Below, one piece after another: positions 23,876 through 35,928 of a stretch of 43,991 nt of DNA. Position 1 is the first letter of the stretch. The number at the start of each line of letters is the position of its first letter. The stretch covers positions 11,637,243-11,681,233 of the forward strand of contig NC_068981.1 of assembly GCF_001194135.2 (NCBI RefSeq), in the 5' to 3' direction. Position numbers and translations under genes: made by a program. This stretch comes from Octopus bimaculoides. Its lineage: Eukaryota. The notes beneath the pieces were generated by a model. That model worked only from the letters and a program-made list of their open reading frames with translations, did not search any database and was not told the origin of the DNA.

Positions 23876-25399
23876 ATCCCTTTTTTTTATTATTAATCAT
23901 TTGATACTTAGTGAGTGGGTGGTGTGAGTGGAGGTTTATGGCCACCAACCTTGCCAGCGGCCAGTCAGGATGTATGATGGAGACAAAGTGGCCATAAATT
24001 TCATATAGCTCCACCCAATAGCTAAATTCCTTATAAACTTCCATCCCGTTAATGGTTCTGCTTTTTTGCATCCAAGACCAGATTCGGTTAGCGAATAGAC
24101 ACGTTCGCACTGCGTGCAGTGATTGTTCTTCTGTTTGTATGAAACTATACGGATCATCTGATGAATGCTGTTGTTGTACTAAGATGTAATGTACTCACTC
24201 ATCAAATAAAAATGCATAAAAACAGCGGTTATTTTGCTTTGCTAATAATACAGCGAAGGGATTCATGGTCCAGCGGACTTCCTAGAGTATACCGAACACT
24301 GTGTGCTCATCACAAAGCTCGAGTTGAACCACTCCTTAGGTGTTAAATACTCGTGACGGTAGATTTTCTCTTTGTGTACAGCCTAAATATCTCCCTGGAT
24401 TACATCAGTACCAAGTATATCGATCCGAATAAAGGTGGTGTTTACAGGTTAAATGATTCCCTGACCAGTGATAGTCAGAAAAGTAGTAGTCTTTTGACTA
24501 TTACTGTAGTGAATGAGCCATTATCAATTATCCATTTGTTGTTTATTTATTATTCACCTTTCTCGGAACCGGATATGAGTGTGAATCTGGTATCTCTTAA
24601 TTGCAGTAGAAATGGTGTATTGTGTTCCTAAATACAGCCTTGAACTCATAATATAACGCAGTTGGGTGCAGTTAATTGTATATACAATTTGAGTGTTTAT
24701 ATCCTTGTATTTTATTACGTAATTATTTTTCTTCTGATTTCGTAGTATACACGACGTACCTTTTGAACCGACCCGGTGCTTTAACATTTAAGTACATGAT
24801 ACACTTGAATCCTGAACTTTTACACAAACACACACATAGGCAGACACTCACATGCGCGCGCTCGCATATATATATTTAGGTGATTATATCAGTCAGATGC
24901 GATTATGTGTCTGGTGTAAATTGACAGTTTGATTAGTGTTGTTTTGTTGTTTGTTGTTGGAATCGTCTCCAGAATCAGTCCTCTATTATTATTATTAACA
25001 AATAAATGAATTTTCATAAAGAGGCACAGTGCAAAGTTGATCACAGACAATATTCGCTTGTTACAAACGAAATGTAATCATTTGGTTGAAAACATTAAAA
25101 TATAAGGTTTATATTTAAATCTAAGTATAACATGTAGGATAAGCGTAATATGCACGAATATGTGTGTATATATATGTGTGATGGTTTATACATATACATA
25201 CTGAAATATGTAAATATAGACACCGAAGCATACTCATAAACACAGATATATGTTTCGCCTAGTGCTGTATCCTTAAATGTCGTTAACAAACCATGGCATA
25301 TATCAGTGAAGTTTGCTTGCAAGACTCCCAATACAATTTATTTTCGAGAAACGTGTTAGTCATATATTTCACGCGTACGCGCGCGGGGACACACACACA

Positions 25400-25400
25400 C

Positions 25401-25431
<31 letters not shown>

Positions 25432-25452
25432 TGTATGTATGTATGTATGTAT
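25400..25452. repeat. (ATGT)n microsatellite
   Basis: Direct inspection. Confidence 0.93.
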
Positions 25453-27454
25453 GTGTTCACAAGGAAAATGCTCAAAGCAAGTCATTTTATAACGAAATGT
25501 CACAATTGCTTTGTCGATCTCAAGAGTTGCTTTATCCTATCTCCAGTGTAGCTATATCATGCAACTATAGATTCTCGAGTTATCATTATACTGAAAAATT
25601 GAATGTCGACTCTTCAGCATTATGTTTAAAGTCATTATATAAATGCATTTTATACACAATACTGAAGAGTTTACTTTCCATTTTATCTGTATAACGATAC
25701 CTCAGGAATCTGCAACTGCGTATGATATGTAATAATAAAGCGATACTCTTGAAATTGAATATCGATGACATAATTGTAAATTTTTCTAATAAAATTACTT
25801 GCTCGATCCATTCTCCTTGTGAATATTTATATAATTTCTACGGATATTTATGAATTTTAAGGTATATGATTTGTGGGCGATCCCCTATATAGTGTCGTAA
25901 CTGATAGCCTGTACTCGTCGATGAGCTTCATGAAGTAAATTCCATGGGTAACATCCGAAAGAAACTCATTTGTGTGAGTGTGTGTGGTGCGCACGTGAAA
26001 ATATATGCGTATTTCAGCAAATAGTATAAAGAGCCATTTAACGTTAATCTTTAGTTTTATTCGCGTTTTCTATAGACTTATTGAGAGTGGAAAAAATAAA
26101 CCAAATTTAAGGAAAGTAAAGTTTCATTTGCAGCGAATATTAAGAGCCATTTAGTATGTCTAAAATTATAATGATTAGCTTGTTCAAGAAAACTTTTCGT
26201 TCTTCGGCAAACACTAACATTCAAACATGGAAGTTTTAGTTTTCAGTTTTAACACGCTTTGCTAAGATGCTAAATACTAATTATATTAACATTCTTCACA
26301 AACGTGGGAAATAGTTTTCACCGTAAAGCATTTCAATTGCACTGTATAAGGAACAAACTAAAAAAGAAAGTTACTCAGGATTTTTTTTCCTCATCAAAAG
26401 AAGACACGAAATAAACACATTTCATGAACGGAGGCAAGATAAAAATCAATATGACTACACTGAAATACAACTGAATTTCTCATTCTTTTTATGACTTCAC
26501 CATTATATTAGTGAGTGTGTTTGTATTTTTTCATTAGAGCATTGTTCTTGTTCATGTTAGTTATTAACGGTTATTGTTTTAGGAATACTCTCCAAAATTA
26601 GACGATGCACCGCTTCCCTACCACACCAAATGGAAATTGGCAAGAACGCGCTGCTTGTAACCCGTTCTTTGAATGCAGCAAAAATATCGACAGTAGAAAT
26701 CGATAAACGACTGTTACAATAATCGGGAGTATAATTGATATGGTATTTACACCGACATGTTGGGGTAGAAAGGCTATAGACTCCAACGAACAGGTACAAA
26801 GATGTATTTCTACCATATTCCGCTCAATCATTATTATCACTTTCCCATTATATGCATAAAAGCAAGTACTCCCCGCCACATACAAATCGTTCCCCCACAG
26901 ATATATATATAGATACATGCATATATTATACTTTTGAAAGAAGTATGATGACAGTGATTTCGAAGTTTCGGCTGCTAACCATCTTTTCCTATCTGCCTGT
27001 TTGTGTATGTCTTCATATTCGTATAATCTTAGATATTTTAATCGGTAATCATTATTTGCACTGTCTCCTACAAAAATGGCTTCACACGAACCAGCAGGAA
27101 GTTATCATCAAACGCAGTAAATATTTTACAGCAGTTCAAAGTAATAGTTATAAAATATAACAAAAATTTGTTATATATTTCATATGATATTCTGAGTGTG
27201 TACACCTGCCTGTGTGTGTTTGCGTATGTCGATATGTATACACACATACATATATACAGATAGACATATATATACACGAACACGCACACTCACGCATATT
27301 ATATATATATATACACACATACATAAGCATACATAAGAGTATTTTATGGGGTGGGGATTCGTTATCATTTCATTTGGGGCTTATAGGGCAAAGGTTGACA
27401 GTTTCTAGGAACATTCGGCATGCTACGGCAAAAAGCCGAATCGGACCGCTCTGT

Positions 27455-27506
27455 CTGGCAATATCTCGACCGTGCTTTTCGGTATATTACGGTCCTCATC
27501 AGCAAG
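27455..27506 (-). ncRNA. Minimal type-I hammerhead ribozyme relic (PLE-type)
   Basis: Minus strand reads CTTG-CTGATGA-G-GACCG-17 nt-CGGTC-GAGA-TATT-GCCAG: perfect 5-bp stem II, one core substitution, AT-rich palindromic stem III, imperfect stem I. Confidence 0.5.
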
Positions 27507-27747
27507 TATGTATACAATTATGTGCTTTGACTGCAGCAGAAGAGCGTTTAGCTCTTTAAAACACCCTCGGGTATATTTAATGACGGTTTATAGTTCCCAT
27601 TGTTGGTACACATTTGTTTATTTCTGCCTAAATAAATTATANNNNNNNNNNNNNNNNNNNNNNNNNNNNNNNNNNNNNNNNNNNNNNNNNNNNNNNNNNN
27701 NNNNNNNNNNNNNNNNNNNNNNNNNNNNNNNNNNNNNNNNNNNNATA

Positions 27748-27783
<36 letters not shown>

Positions 27784-28902
27784 ATAGAAACAGATTTCAA
27801 AGAATAAAAGACTACACGTGGTATAAATAGAGGAAAAGGAAAAAAAGAAAGAAAGAAAATGCAGACTAGGTATAAAAGTAATGGCTTTATGTATATATAT
27901 ATAAAAACAAAGATACATACATTCAAATGAATTATTTGAGGTGGAATTAAGAAGTCTAAAATGTATGATCATGAGTCAGTATAGAAAATCACACCTGTTC
28001 ACTGACTTTGAATCAACACCGTTTGGAAATCAGTGTTGGGTCTAAGAATACCTGAGTGAAAAGATTGCATGCAAGGGAGGTAAGGAGTTCTGAAATTGAT
28101 GCAATTAGGCTAATATGATTAACAGAGTGTGATTGGTATTTGGGGTGTATGAGATTTGCTGCTACATCGAAAAATCGTCGGAGGCAAGCATGCTGAATTT
28201 TTAAAGAAGCCGTCAACCATTACTCTATAAAATCCTAATGAAATTATAACGACCCACCCCAATAAAAGACTCTTTAATCGAAGCCCTATATGGAAATATA
28301 TAGCAACTGGTTGAATAAAACAAGTGAACCTCCTATGTCTCTTCAATATTTGTAATGTTCTCAGAAATAGACATATAAATCGAGTCAGTAAATCTCTGCA
28401 GCTATGTAAACGATACTAAGTAGATCCTAAAGATGAAAAAAAGAAGAAAAACGATGATACACCCACGGTCAAACTCGATCTAATTACCATATATAACAGA
28501 AAAAAATTCACAACATTCAACACCACAAAATGCTCTGTGTTCTGGCACGGAAAAAATATCACTCCGAAGTATTCGGCCTTGCATCAAGTAGGGGATTGAT
28601 TTAAATTTCGAAGGACATTTTTGATCTAAGTATAACTAGCACTAGATATTTTCACAGACACTCTATGACCTGTCGAATATTCAAGAATAAATACTTAATA
28701 TTTTTAATATAAAACATCTTACAGTTATGTTGATATTCCTAAAATCGACCGATTTGTTAGAGTGAGTGCACACAACTTGGGTGATTCAGCAATCGATCGT
28801 TTGTTGTCAACCAGACATATTGCTATATCCATTCAGAAAGACAATAAGTTGGTGATCTTCAATAAAGTTTACACCGTTCTGCGTTGCGTTACTAATCTTT
28901 AG

Positions 28903-29061
28903 ATTCCTACCGGATCACGAAATATGACCACAGTTTCGCTTGGGATTTCGCTAATATTCTTATGTGGGTCTCGTTTCAAAATATCAGAGCGGCTATTTGT
29001 AAATTAAAACAACCGAAGCAGAGCTGTCAAACTATGTTTATTGTCCAATCAACTAATGAAG
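28903..29061 (+). CDS. Candidate internal coding exon (159 nt, phase 1-1), product unknown
   Basis: Branch-like TTACTAAT plus CTTTAG acceptor and a consensus AAG|GTAAGT donor. Length is divisible by 3 and one frame is open: SYRITKYDHSFAWDFANILMWVSFQNIRAAICKLKQPKQSCQTMFIVQSTNE. Confidence 0.35.
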
Positions 29062-29124
29062 GTAAGTGCAAAGCATGTTGTACTAAAATTTTGTTCACTG
29101 ATATATACTTTTATATGTGTTTGT

Positions 29125-29169
<45 letters not shown>

Positions 29170-29707
29170 TGTGCGTGTGTGTTATTTGATTCTCTGTCTT
29201 AGGACTTTATAATAGGAAGTTGTTCACATATTTCTCCTACATATATATATGAACCAGGAATCCGCGTCTGTTGGTTTCAAGCAGTGGATGGTAGATCTAG
29301 AGAACCAAATCCTCCTACCTCCCTTTTTGGGTTTGATATTCTCTCTACCTGACATGTACACCGATTCGTGCGTGATGCAGCACTTCACTTTGACTTCTTG
29401 ACTTTGTTTTTTTTAAATATTTTTTTTGTGCAACTGGCTTCTCTATTCATTTCACCTCAACACTGTTGTGGAGCTGATTTACAAATTCCCAGCGACAATG
29501 TAACTTTCATCTTATTAAGATAATCCCAACCTGATGATTTGCTATGTTGTATATGAGAAATTGCCTAACATCAACAGGTTCAGCTTGATAACAAACATAT
29601 TTGATGTGTATGTGTGTGTGAGTGAGTGTACGTGTGTATGTTTGTGTGTATGTACGTATGTGTTCGTACGTGTGTGTGCGTGAGGTCGTATGTAATATAT
29701 ATACATA

Positions 29708-30253
29708 CTAGCAGTATAACCCGGCGCTGCTCGGGATTAAGCTAGGATTATTAAATGATTAAGTCCTTTATTTCAAACCAAAATAAGTAACATCGACATC
29801 AGATTTGAGCGAAATCCGTTGAAATTGGTTTGGCTGAAAATGGTTTGCTGGCAATTTGATTGGGAAATCCCATAAGGAATCCGTTTATTGGTTATTTTCA
29901 CTTATTGACTCTTTTTTTAAATGTTGCATTAGAAATCTGCATAGGAGAAGGTTGATCTGAAGGTTTGCATTGGGGATCTGGATTGGAGTAACTTAGGAAA
30001 GCTTACCAACAACCTGAACCAAAAAAAAGGAGCCTGTCCCTTCTAGGTTAACTCTAACCCTAACCCTAAACCCTAACCCTAACTCTGACCCTAAAACCGT
30101 AACCCTAATCCTAATCCTAACCATAACACCCTAGTGGAAATCGTGCGGGTGTTAATCTGAAAAATTACCAAACCCTTTTTGTGGTCCGAAAAACGGGTTG
30201 GTGGTTGGGGTGACTGACAAATTGTTACATACGTTTTTGTTTCATAGTTGTGA
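29708..30253 (-). mobile_element. Non-autonomous Helitron (Lep1-like architecture)
   Basis: On the minus strand the 3' end is CTAG followed by host T (29707), 8 nt from a GC-rich hairpin CCCGGCGCTGCTCGGG (29720-29735). The 5' end is unresolved (candidate TC at 30253 or A|TC at 30365). Confidence 0.7.
30048..30133. repeat. Degenerate telomere-type (CCCTAA)n array inside the Helitron
   Basis: CTAACCCTAACCCTAAACCCTAACCCTAACTCTGACCCTAAAACCGTAACCCTAATCCTAATCCTAACC. Confidence 0.85.
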
Positions 30254-30517
30254 AATATAAACAAAACTCTTTAGCTCCCAAAGTAGTATATGTGCGTATG
30301 TGTGAGAGTGAGAGGGGGGTGGAGAAAGATGAACGATTTAAAATAAATAAATGATTTAAAATAGATATATTTGAATTGTTGTGTGAGAAAGTATATATAA
30401 TCTTATTATAGAATATAGTGCCTTTCAAAAACATCTTATATTTGAAACTATATCTCATGTTTAAGAAAAAAAATGCATTTTACTCTGTCTTCCGAAGCTA
30501 CATTTTCTTTCGTAATA

Positions 30518-30647
30518 CGCTTTGTCTCCCTCTTCCACTTGTTCGTTCCTTTTTTTTTTTGTTAGACGCTGTCTTGGTGAGAGAAATTTTTTTTTTCCTT
30601 ATCCGCTTTGTCTCCCTCTTCCACTTTTTCATTTTTTTTTAGACGCT
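30518..30647. repeat. Short local direct duplication (~45-53 bp)
   Basis: CGCTTTGTCTCCCTCTTCCACTT...poly(T)...AGACGCT at 30518-30570 and 30604-30647. Confidence 0.8.
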
Positions 30648-31149
30648 TGGCAAACACTCTGTTTCTCCCCTTGTCACAAACACACTATTTCTTTCTTTCT
30701 CTCTCTCTTTCTTCCTTTCTTTCTCCCTCTCTTTCTTTCTTTCTCTCTCTCTTGCTCTCTCTCCTTCACGCGCGTACGCATAGATTTGACTTCGCCATGT
30801 CAACAAACTTCCAAATTGGTAAAAGTTTATCGATTTTTACAGCTATACGCGGGTGCCTCTGTGAGAAAAAGTTGACAAAAACACAGATAGGGTCATGAAC
30901 AATGTCCTCCTAAAATTGGAGCGACATGCGTGCTAATTTGTGGACGTGCATAACCCACATTCACGTACACACACACACACAAACATCTTCTGTTTTATAG
31001 ATATTGATATATGTATTTAATATCTTTGAACTTATGAGTATATATCGATTAGTGTGTTGAAGAGTAGAGCATAGCACTGGCACCGTGTCATCCACAGTCG
31101 AGATATTTTCTGTTGAATCCACTTCAGGGGTTTTGCAGTTAGTTGATAT

Positions 31150-31204
31150 AATGATGATGATGATGATGATGATGATGAGGATAATAATGATGATGATGAT
31201 GATG

Positions 31205-31267
<63 letters not shown>

Positions 31268-31280
31268 TTAATAATAATAT
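31150..31280. repeat. (ATG)n-(ATA)n microsatellite
   Basis: Direct inspection. Confidence 0.94.
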
Positions 31281-31382
31281 TTAAAGGATTGATGTTACTC
31301 CTCCAGAAAGTAAAGAAACAATCAGAAGAGTGCGACTGTTATCGAATGAGTATTACCTTTATATTTTACCAAAATGAAGCAG

Positions 31383-31579
31383 TTTCTTTTCTACTCTAGG
31401 CTCAAGGCCGGAAATTTTGTGGGAGGGGTCAGTCGATTAGATCGACCCGAGTACGCAACTGGTACCAAATTTATTGACACCGAAGGGATGAAAGGCAAAT
31501 TCGACCTCGGCGGAATTTGAACTCAGAACGTAAAAAGACAGACGAAATACCGCTCAGCATGTCAACGGGCGTGCTAACG
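31383..31579 (-). mobile_element. SINE family B, nearly full length
   Basis: Colinear with 2250-2467. Confidence 0.85.
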
Positions 31580-31584
31580 CTCCT

Positions 31585-31684
31585 TATTTCTTTATTGCCC
31601 GCAAGGGCCTAAACGTAGAGGGGACACACAAGGATTGATTACATCGACCCAAGTGCGTGACTGGTACTTAATTTATCAACCTTG
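31585..31684 (-). mobile_element. SINE family B 3' fragment, alternative-tail subtype
   Basis: Matches 8045-8163. Confidence 0.7.
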
Positions 31685-31760
31685 ATGACACTTGCTGAAG
31701 TTGATACGCAGTGGGACTGAATCATGTGGATAGGAACCAAGCCTCTTACTACACAACCAC
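31681..31760 (-). mobile_element. tRNA-like SINE head fragment (probably family C)
   Basis: Minus strand reads GGTTGTGTAGTAAGAGGCTTGGTTCCTATCCACATGATTCAGTCCCACTGCGTATCAACTTCAGCAAGTGTC: an A/B-box-like head followed by a CORE-like GCAAGTGTC. Confidence 0.55.
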
Positions 31761-32377
31761 GTTACAAAAAGTATAGAACTCCCAACTAAAGAACTCGCAT
31801 TCCAGCGTGATGTTACCTGTGTTACAAAAAATATATACAAATAAGAAAATAAAAGTTCAGAAATGGCTAATCACTTTTAACAAATCTAAAAACTAACAGC
31901 AGCTCTTGTAATTACATTTTGCATATGACACTTTTCCACCAATTAAAACTGAACAGTTTTAAAAGTTGCATTTCAGCAAATGATAAAATATATAAAAACA
32001 AGATGACATTCACTACCTGGAATGTTTCCCATTATAATTTAATTTATCAACATTAATATATTCCAGTTCACCGCCTACCATAAATCCGTTCATGTACCTC
32101 TATACATAGTGTGTGGTGTGTTGTCAGATAGCATATTATTCTCTTTAATGCAATACATACATCAACATAATTATATTATAGTTATCTAATTTTAATGTTT
32201 TCTATGAATTACAATAAATATATCTGTCTAACATCGTGGAAATATTATATCTAATGAACTTCACAGATAAAAATAACTTACACATACTATTATATTATTG
32301 ATAGAGTTTTAGACAAGTCATGCGTCATAATAATTTTGCATTGAAAATGAAAAAGTGTAAACGAGATCATATGTATA

Positions 32378-32409
<32 letters not shown>

Positions 32410-32598
32410 AATAAACACACACACACAGTAACACGAAATTAGTTATATATAAATGTGCATGTATGCGTGTGTAAGCTTATATATGTGTGTAGGGAGATAC
32501 ATACGTATACATGCACGTATACATTTACATTATTCTTCTTGTTCATGTAGAATCTCTCGCTTGTCTAAGGGAGGTAGCAATTAGAGCACACCAATCTA

Positions 32599-32773
32599 CG
32601 AACTTCTCAGTCGTATCGTTAAAAGCACGAAACCGAGTATTAGAATTTTTGGTCGATAACTGATGAAAAATTAAGGGTCCTTCTGTGTCTGTCTTACGTG
32701 TACGCTTTGATGCATTTAATGCATTCTTCATTCATCGAGTAACTGAAAGCCATGCATCCGACTTTTGTTAACA
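32599..32773. repeat. 175-bp repeat E, copy 1
   Basis: Direct repeat of 33300-33474. Confidence 0.85.
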
Positions 32774-33299
32774 GTAAGATTTTTATACATTTTTGCGCTT
32801 GCATCTTCTTTCTTTCTCTATTGTCCTCAAATTCCTTTTATAGCATCTCTACTTCCTCTCTTCCTCTCTCTCGTCTTCTCACTTTTAATTGCAAACTTCC
32901 TTCCTTCCTTCCTTCCTTCCTTCCTTCCATCCTTCCTTCCTTCTCTCTTTGTTCTCTCTGCTGCGCGCTCTCTGTCTCCCTCTCTCTCATCATCCTTCCC
33001 TTCTATCCACTGCCCACACGAGTCCCGTGACTAAATTTCTCATCCCTCTGCCCTTTCGCCACCGGATGCTTAGCCTGTCAGTCAACATTTCTCCTCGCTT
33101 ATTATTTCTCTTTTTATATCCATTGAGTATTACTTCTAGAAGTTACCCATCAAGTTAGTGTTTGGCCGAAAGGCTTTATTTATTCCGTCTTCGTCTATCG
33201 TTTCAAATTACAATTTCTTTACTTTCATACGTCCACCCTGTATTATTTTGCTTGCTCGATCCCTAATTCTCAGCAAATTTTGCGGTTGACGCCGATATG

Positions 33300-33474
33300 C
33301 GAAGTTCCCTATCTTATCGTTAAAGGCACGAAACAGAGCATTAGTGTTTTTGGCCGATAACTGATGAAGAATTAGAGTCCTTCTGTGTCTGTCCTACGTG
33401 TACGTTTTTTAGCATTTAATGCCCTTTTCATTTATTTAGTAACTGAACGTCTCGCATCCCAACTTTTGTTAACA
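33300..33474. repeat. 175-bp repeat E, copy 2
   Basis: Direct repeat of 32599-32773 (shared GATAACTGATGAA, GTCCTTCTGTGTCTGTC, ACTTTTGTTAACA). Confidence 0.85.
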
Positions 33475-33871
33475 TTATACATATATATGTACGTGTGTGT
33501 ATGATTGTATGCGTGTGTGTGCATGTGTGTATACGAAAATGTTATATTTGAAGATAGATTTTTGATTAAATGGCTGGATTTCAAAAGACGGTTTTAAAAT
33601 TGCCTTTTTCTGTTTAAATTATTAGCATAATGATTTCAAATTTACTGACAATCATAGTGGATTGTCCAGTGGTCCATCGAGTACAAATATTTATTGAGAG
33701 TTACTTAGAAGTAGCTCTCAGCGAAATTATTAATAATATCCAACACTATACTTGAAGTGAGATTATTAGTCGCATCATATTGGTAGATTTCTATACTTAT
33801 ATAAACATCCTTTATCTATTTGTATGGGTGCGTGCGCGCGTGCACTGGTATTGGAGTCACACACTTATATA

Positions 33872-33874
<3 letters not shown>

Positions 33875-33923
<49 letters not shown>

Positions 33924-34025
33924 AATATGTGTGTATACATACATACATACATACATACATACATGCATACATACATACATACATACATACATACATACAT
34001 ACATACATACATACATACATAATAC
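33875..34025. repeat. (AT)n and (ACAT)n microsatellites
   Basis: Direct inspection. Confidence 0.93.
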
Positions 34026-35070
34026 ATGCATATTTACTTGCTGAAATATACATACACATATATAGTACAATCCATCTGGTACTTAATCGAAAGCTAATAC
34101 AGGCTAAATATTTTTTTCACTAGATGCTATTCTACTTTGTTTGAAGTATTATTTTTCTATATCACCTCCATTGAAGAGAATATGTCGTCAAAGCTGGTGT
34201 CCTACAGCAACTGTAACAGAAAAAAAAATATAACTTCAAACTTATGTTTAAACATCAACGTATTACTTATTTCATTCTCATAGTTGTACGTTAATCTAGA
34301 GAGATTTTTGTTCTACCTTTAGTTACAACAACATAAAAACAGAAAGATGTCGCCAGAAAAATACTGAAAACATTGGTAAATAGTAAAAAATGAAAGATTT
34401 AGAATGAAGTATATATTGTTTCCAAAAATGTGTGAAAAAATGATTTTCATATTCATGGTTAGAGCTGTAGGAATGTTTATATAATAATGTTCAAGGAGCG
34501 TGGGTCGATTCAAATTATAGACGTCATGGATGTATGGTATTATCAATACAGGAATGCTTTTTTCATAGCGCTCCAGATTTTCATAATTACAGTCTATTGA
34601 AGAGCAATGTGTGTTATAAATGTAGAATAATTGATACGATTGTATTCACTATATGAAATTTATATATATAAATAAAAGCAGTGTAGTCGGTCATAAAATG
34701 GATTGCATTTTACCTGAAACGTATAATCCCATGTGATAACATACATTTGGAAACGCCCACTTACACTCACGCGCTCACAGAAAGACAGATATATACACAC
34801 TTAGTAATTTCAAGTAAAAATTTAAACGGAAGACAACATTCAATGAAATGATAATTCAATGCAAGTATTTCAAGGCCTGCACAATTCATTAGAAGGAACT
34901 ACAGTTAACTGTGATTTTGAAAATTCGGCGCCAATCGTTCTCCAAAGACTTGGCATCCCGCATATGTTGAAATCACAGTCATTCTCTTTCTGGTTTAATA
35001 ATGAACGTGATGATAATTCTCACTGTGCTTAGATAGTATTTAGTTTACGAAGCTGGAATTTATGAACAGC

Positions 35071-35158
35071 AAACTCGTGTTTGGCGGAGTTCAAATTCGA
35101 AACGTAAAGAACCAGAGGAAATGCCGCTAAACTTTATGTCTAGCGAGGTAACAATTCA
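35071..35158 (-). mobile_element. Diverged SINE family B head fragment
   Basis: GGCGGAGTTCAAATTCGAAACGTAAAG...GAAATGCCGCTAA parallels GGCGGAATTTGAACTCAGAACGTAAA...GAAATACCGCT at 31509. Confidence 0.5.
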
Positions 35159-35466
35159 AAGTGTTCGCTCCCACAGACAGAAATAATAATGGTTTCAGAT
35201 TGTGGCACAAATCCATGAGTTGTAGAGAAGGACAAAGGAATAAAGGAGATGAAAAGGGAGGAGAGGTGTGAGAAAAGAGGAGATGGACTAATAAGGGATG
35301 TATGAGGAAGAGGAGAGAAAATAGAAACTAAGAGATCGCAAGGAAAGTAGGGAGGAAGAGGGGGCCAAATAAGGAGCGAATGTTAGAAGCGAAAATATGG
35401 GGTTTTTGGAAGCGTTGGCCCATTAAATAGTTTAAACTTGCCTTGAAAATTATAACAGCGTAATTG

Positions 35467-35879
35467 CTAATATAGCAAAGATTGACCATTGGACACTTTG
35501 CCAGAAGTATGGACTTGACAGAGCAAAAAAGGTTGTACGAACAGAAACTTGAAGGCATCATCGAAAATGATAATGCAAAGATGTTATGGGATTTTATGAT
35601 TCAGTGCGACCATGGGATAGAGAATAGGAGACCAGACGTAATGTTAATTGATAAAGAAAGCAAACGATGCTAATTGACCGAATATTATTGTCAGGGACCA
35701 CCAAGAGGGAAGAGTGCCATTTAATTTACATACCTGTCCAAAGAGATGATAATGTATCTATAAATGAAATGAAACTCTCGAAATGCAAGAAACTGGAAGC
35801 AGAGGTAACTCAATTGTGGAACATGTTGGAAATTCCAGCATTAGTAATAGGTGCATTACGTATGGTGAAAAGCATATAA
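35467..35879 (+). pseudogene. R4/Dong-clade non-LTR retrotransposon C-terminal fragment (restriction-like endonuclease)
   Basis: HWTLCQKYGLDRAK / YEQKLEGIIENDNAKMLWDFMIQCDHGIENRRPDVMLIDK / KLEAEVTQLW...ALVIGAL. These are the hallmark HW.LC, ILWDF.IQ.D, RRPD and VIGALG motifs, with frameshifts and a stop. Confidence 0.85.
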
Positions 35880-35928
35880 ATAATAACAGCCAAAATATCA
35901 GTACTTAAGAATATATACATAACATCCA

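Noticed and set aside
27970-28330. Possible RTE C-terminal relic or exon with a GTAAGG donor at 28079
   Set aside because: Stops in all frames and only vague motif similarity.
30048-30133. Chromosome end
   Set aside because: The array is short, degenerate and internal to a Helitron-like element, with ordinary sequence on both sides.
32629-32667. Permuted (type II) hammerhead in repeat E: GAAACCGA...TTGGTC-GATAA-CTGATGA
   Set aside because: No stem I or stem II can form, and copy 2 loses both the GTC triplet and stem III pairing.
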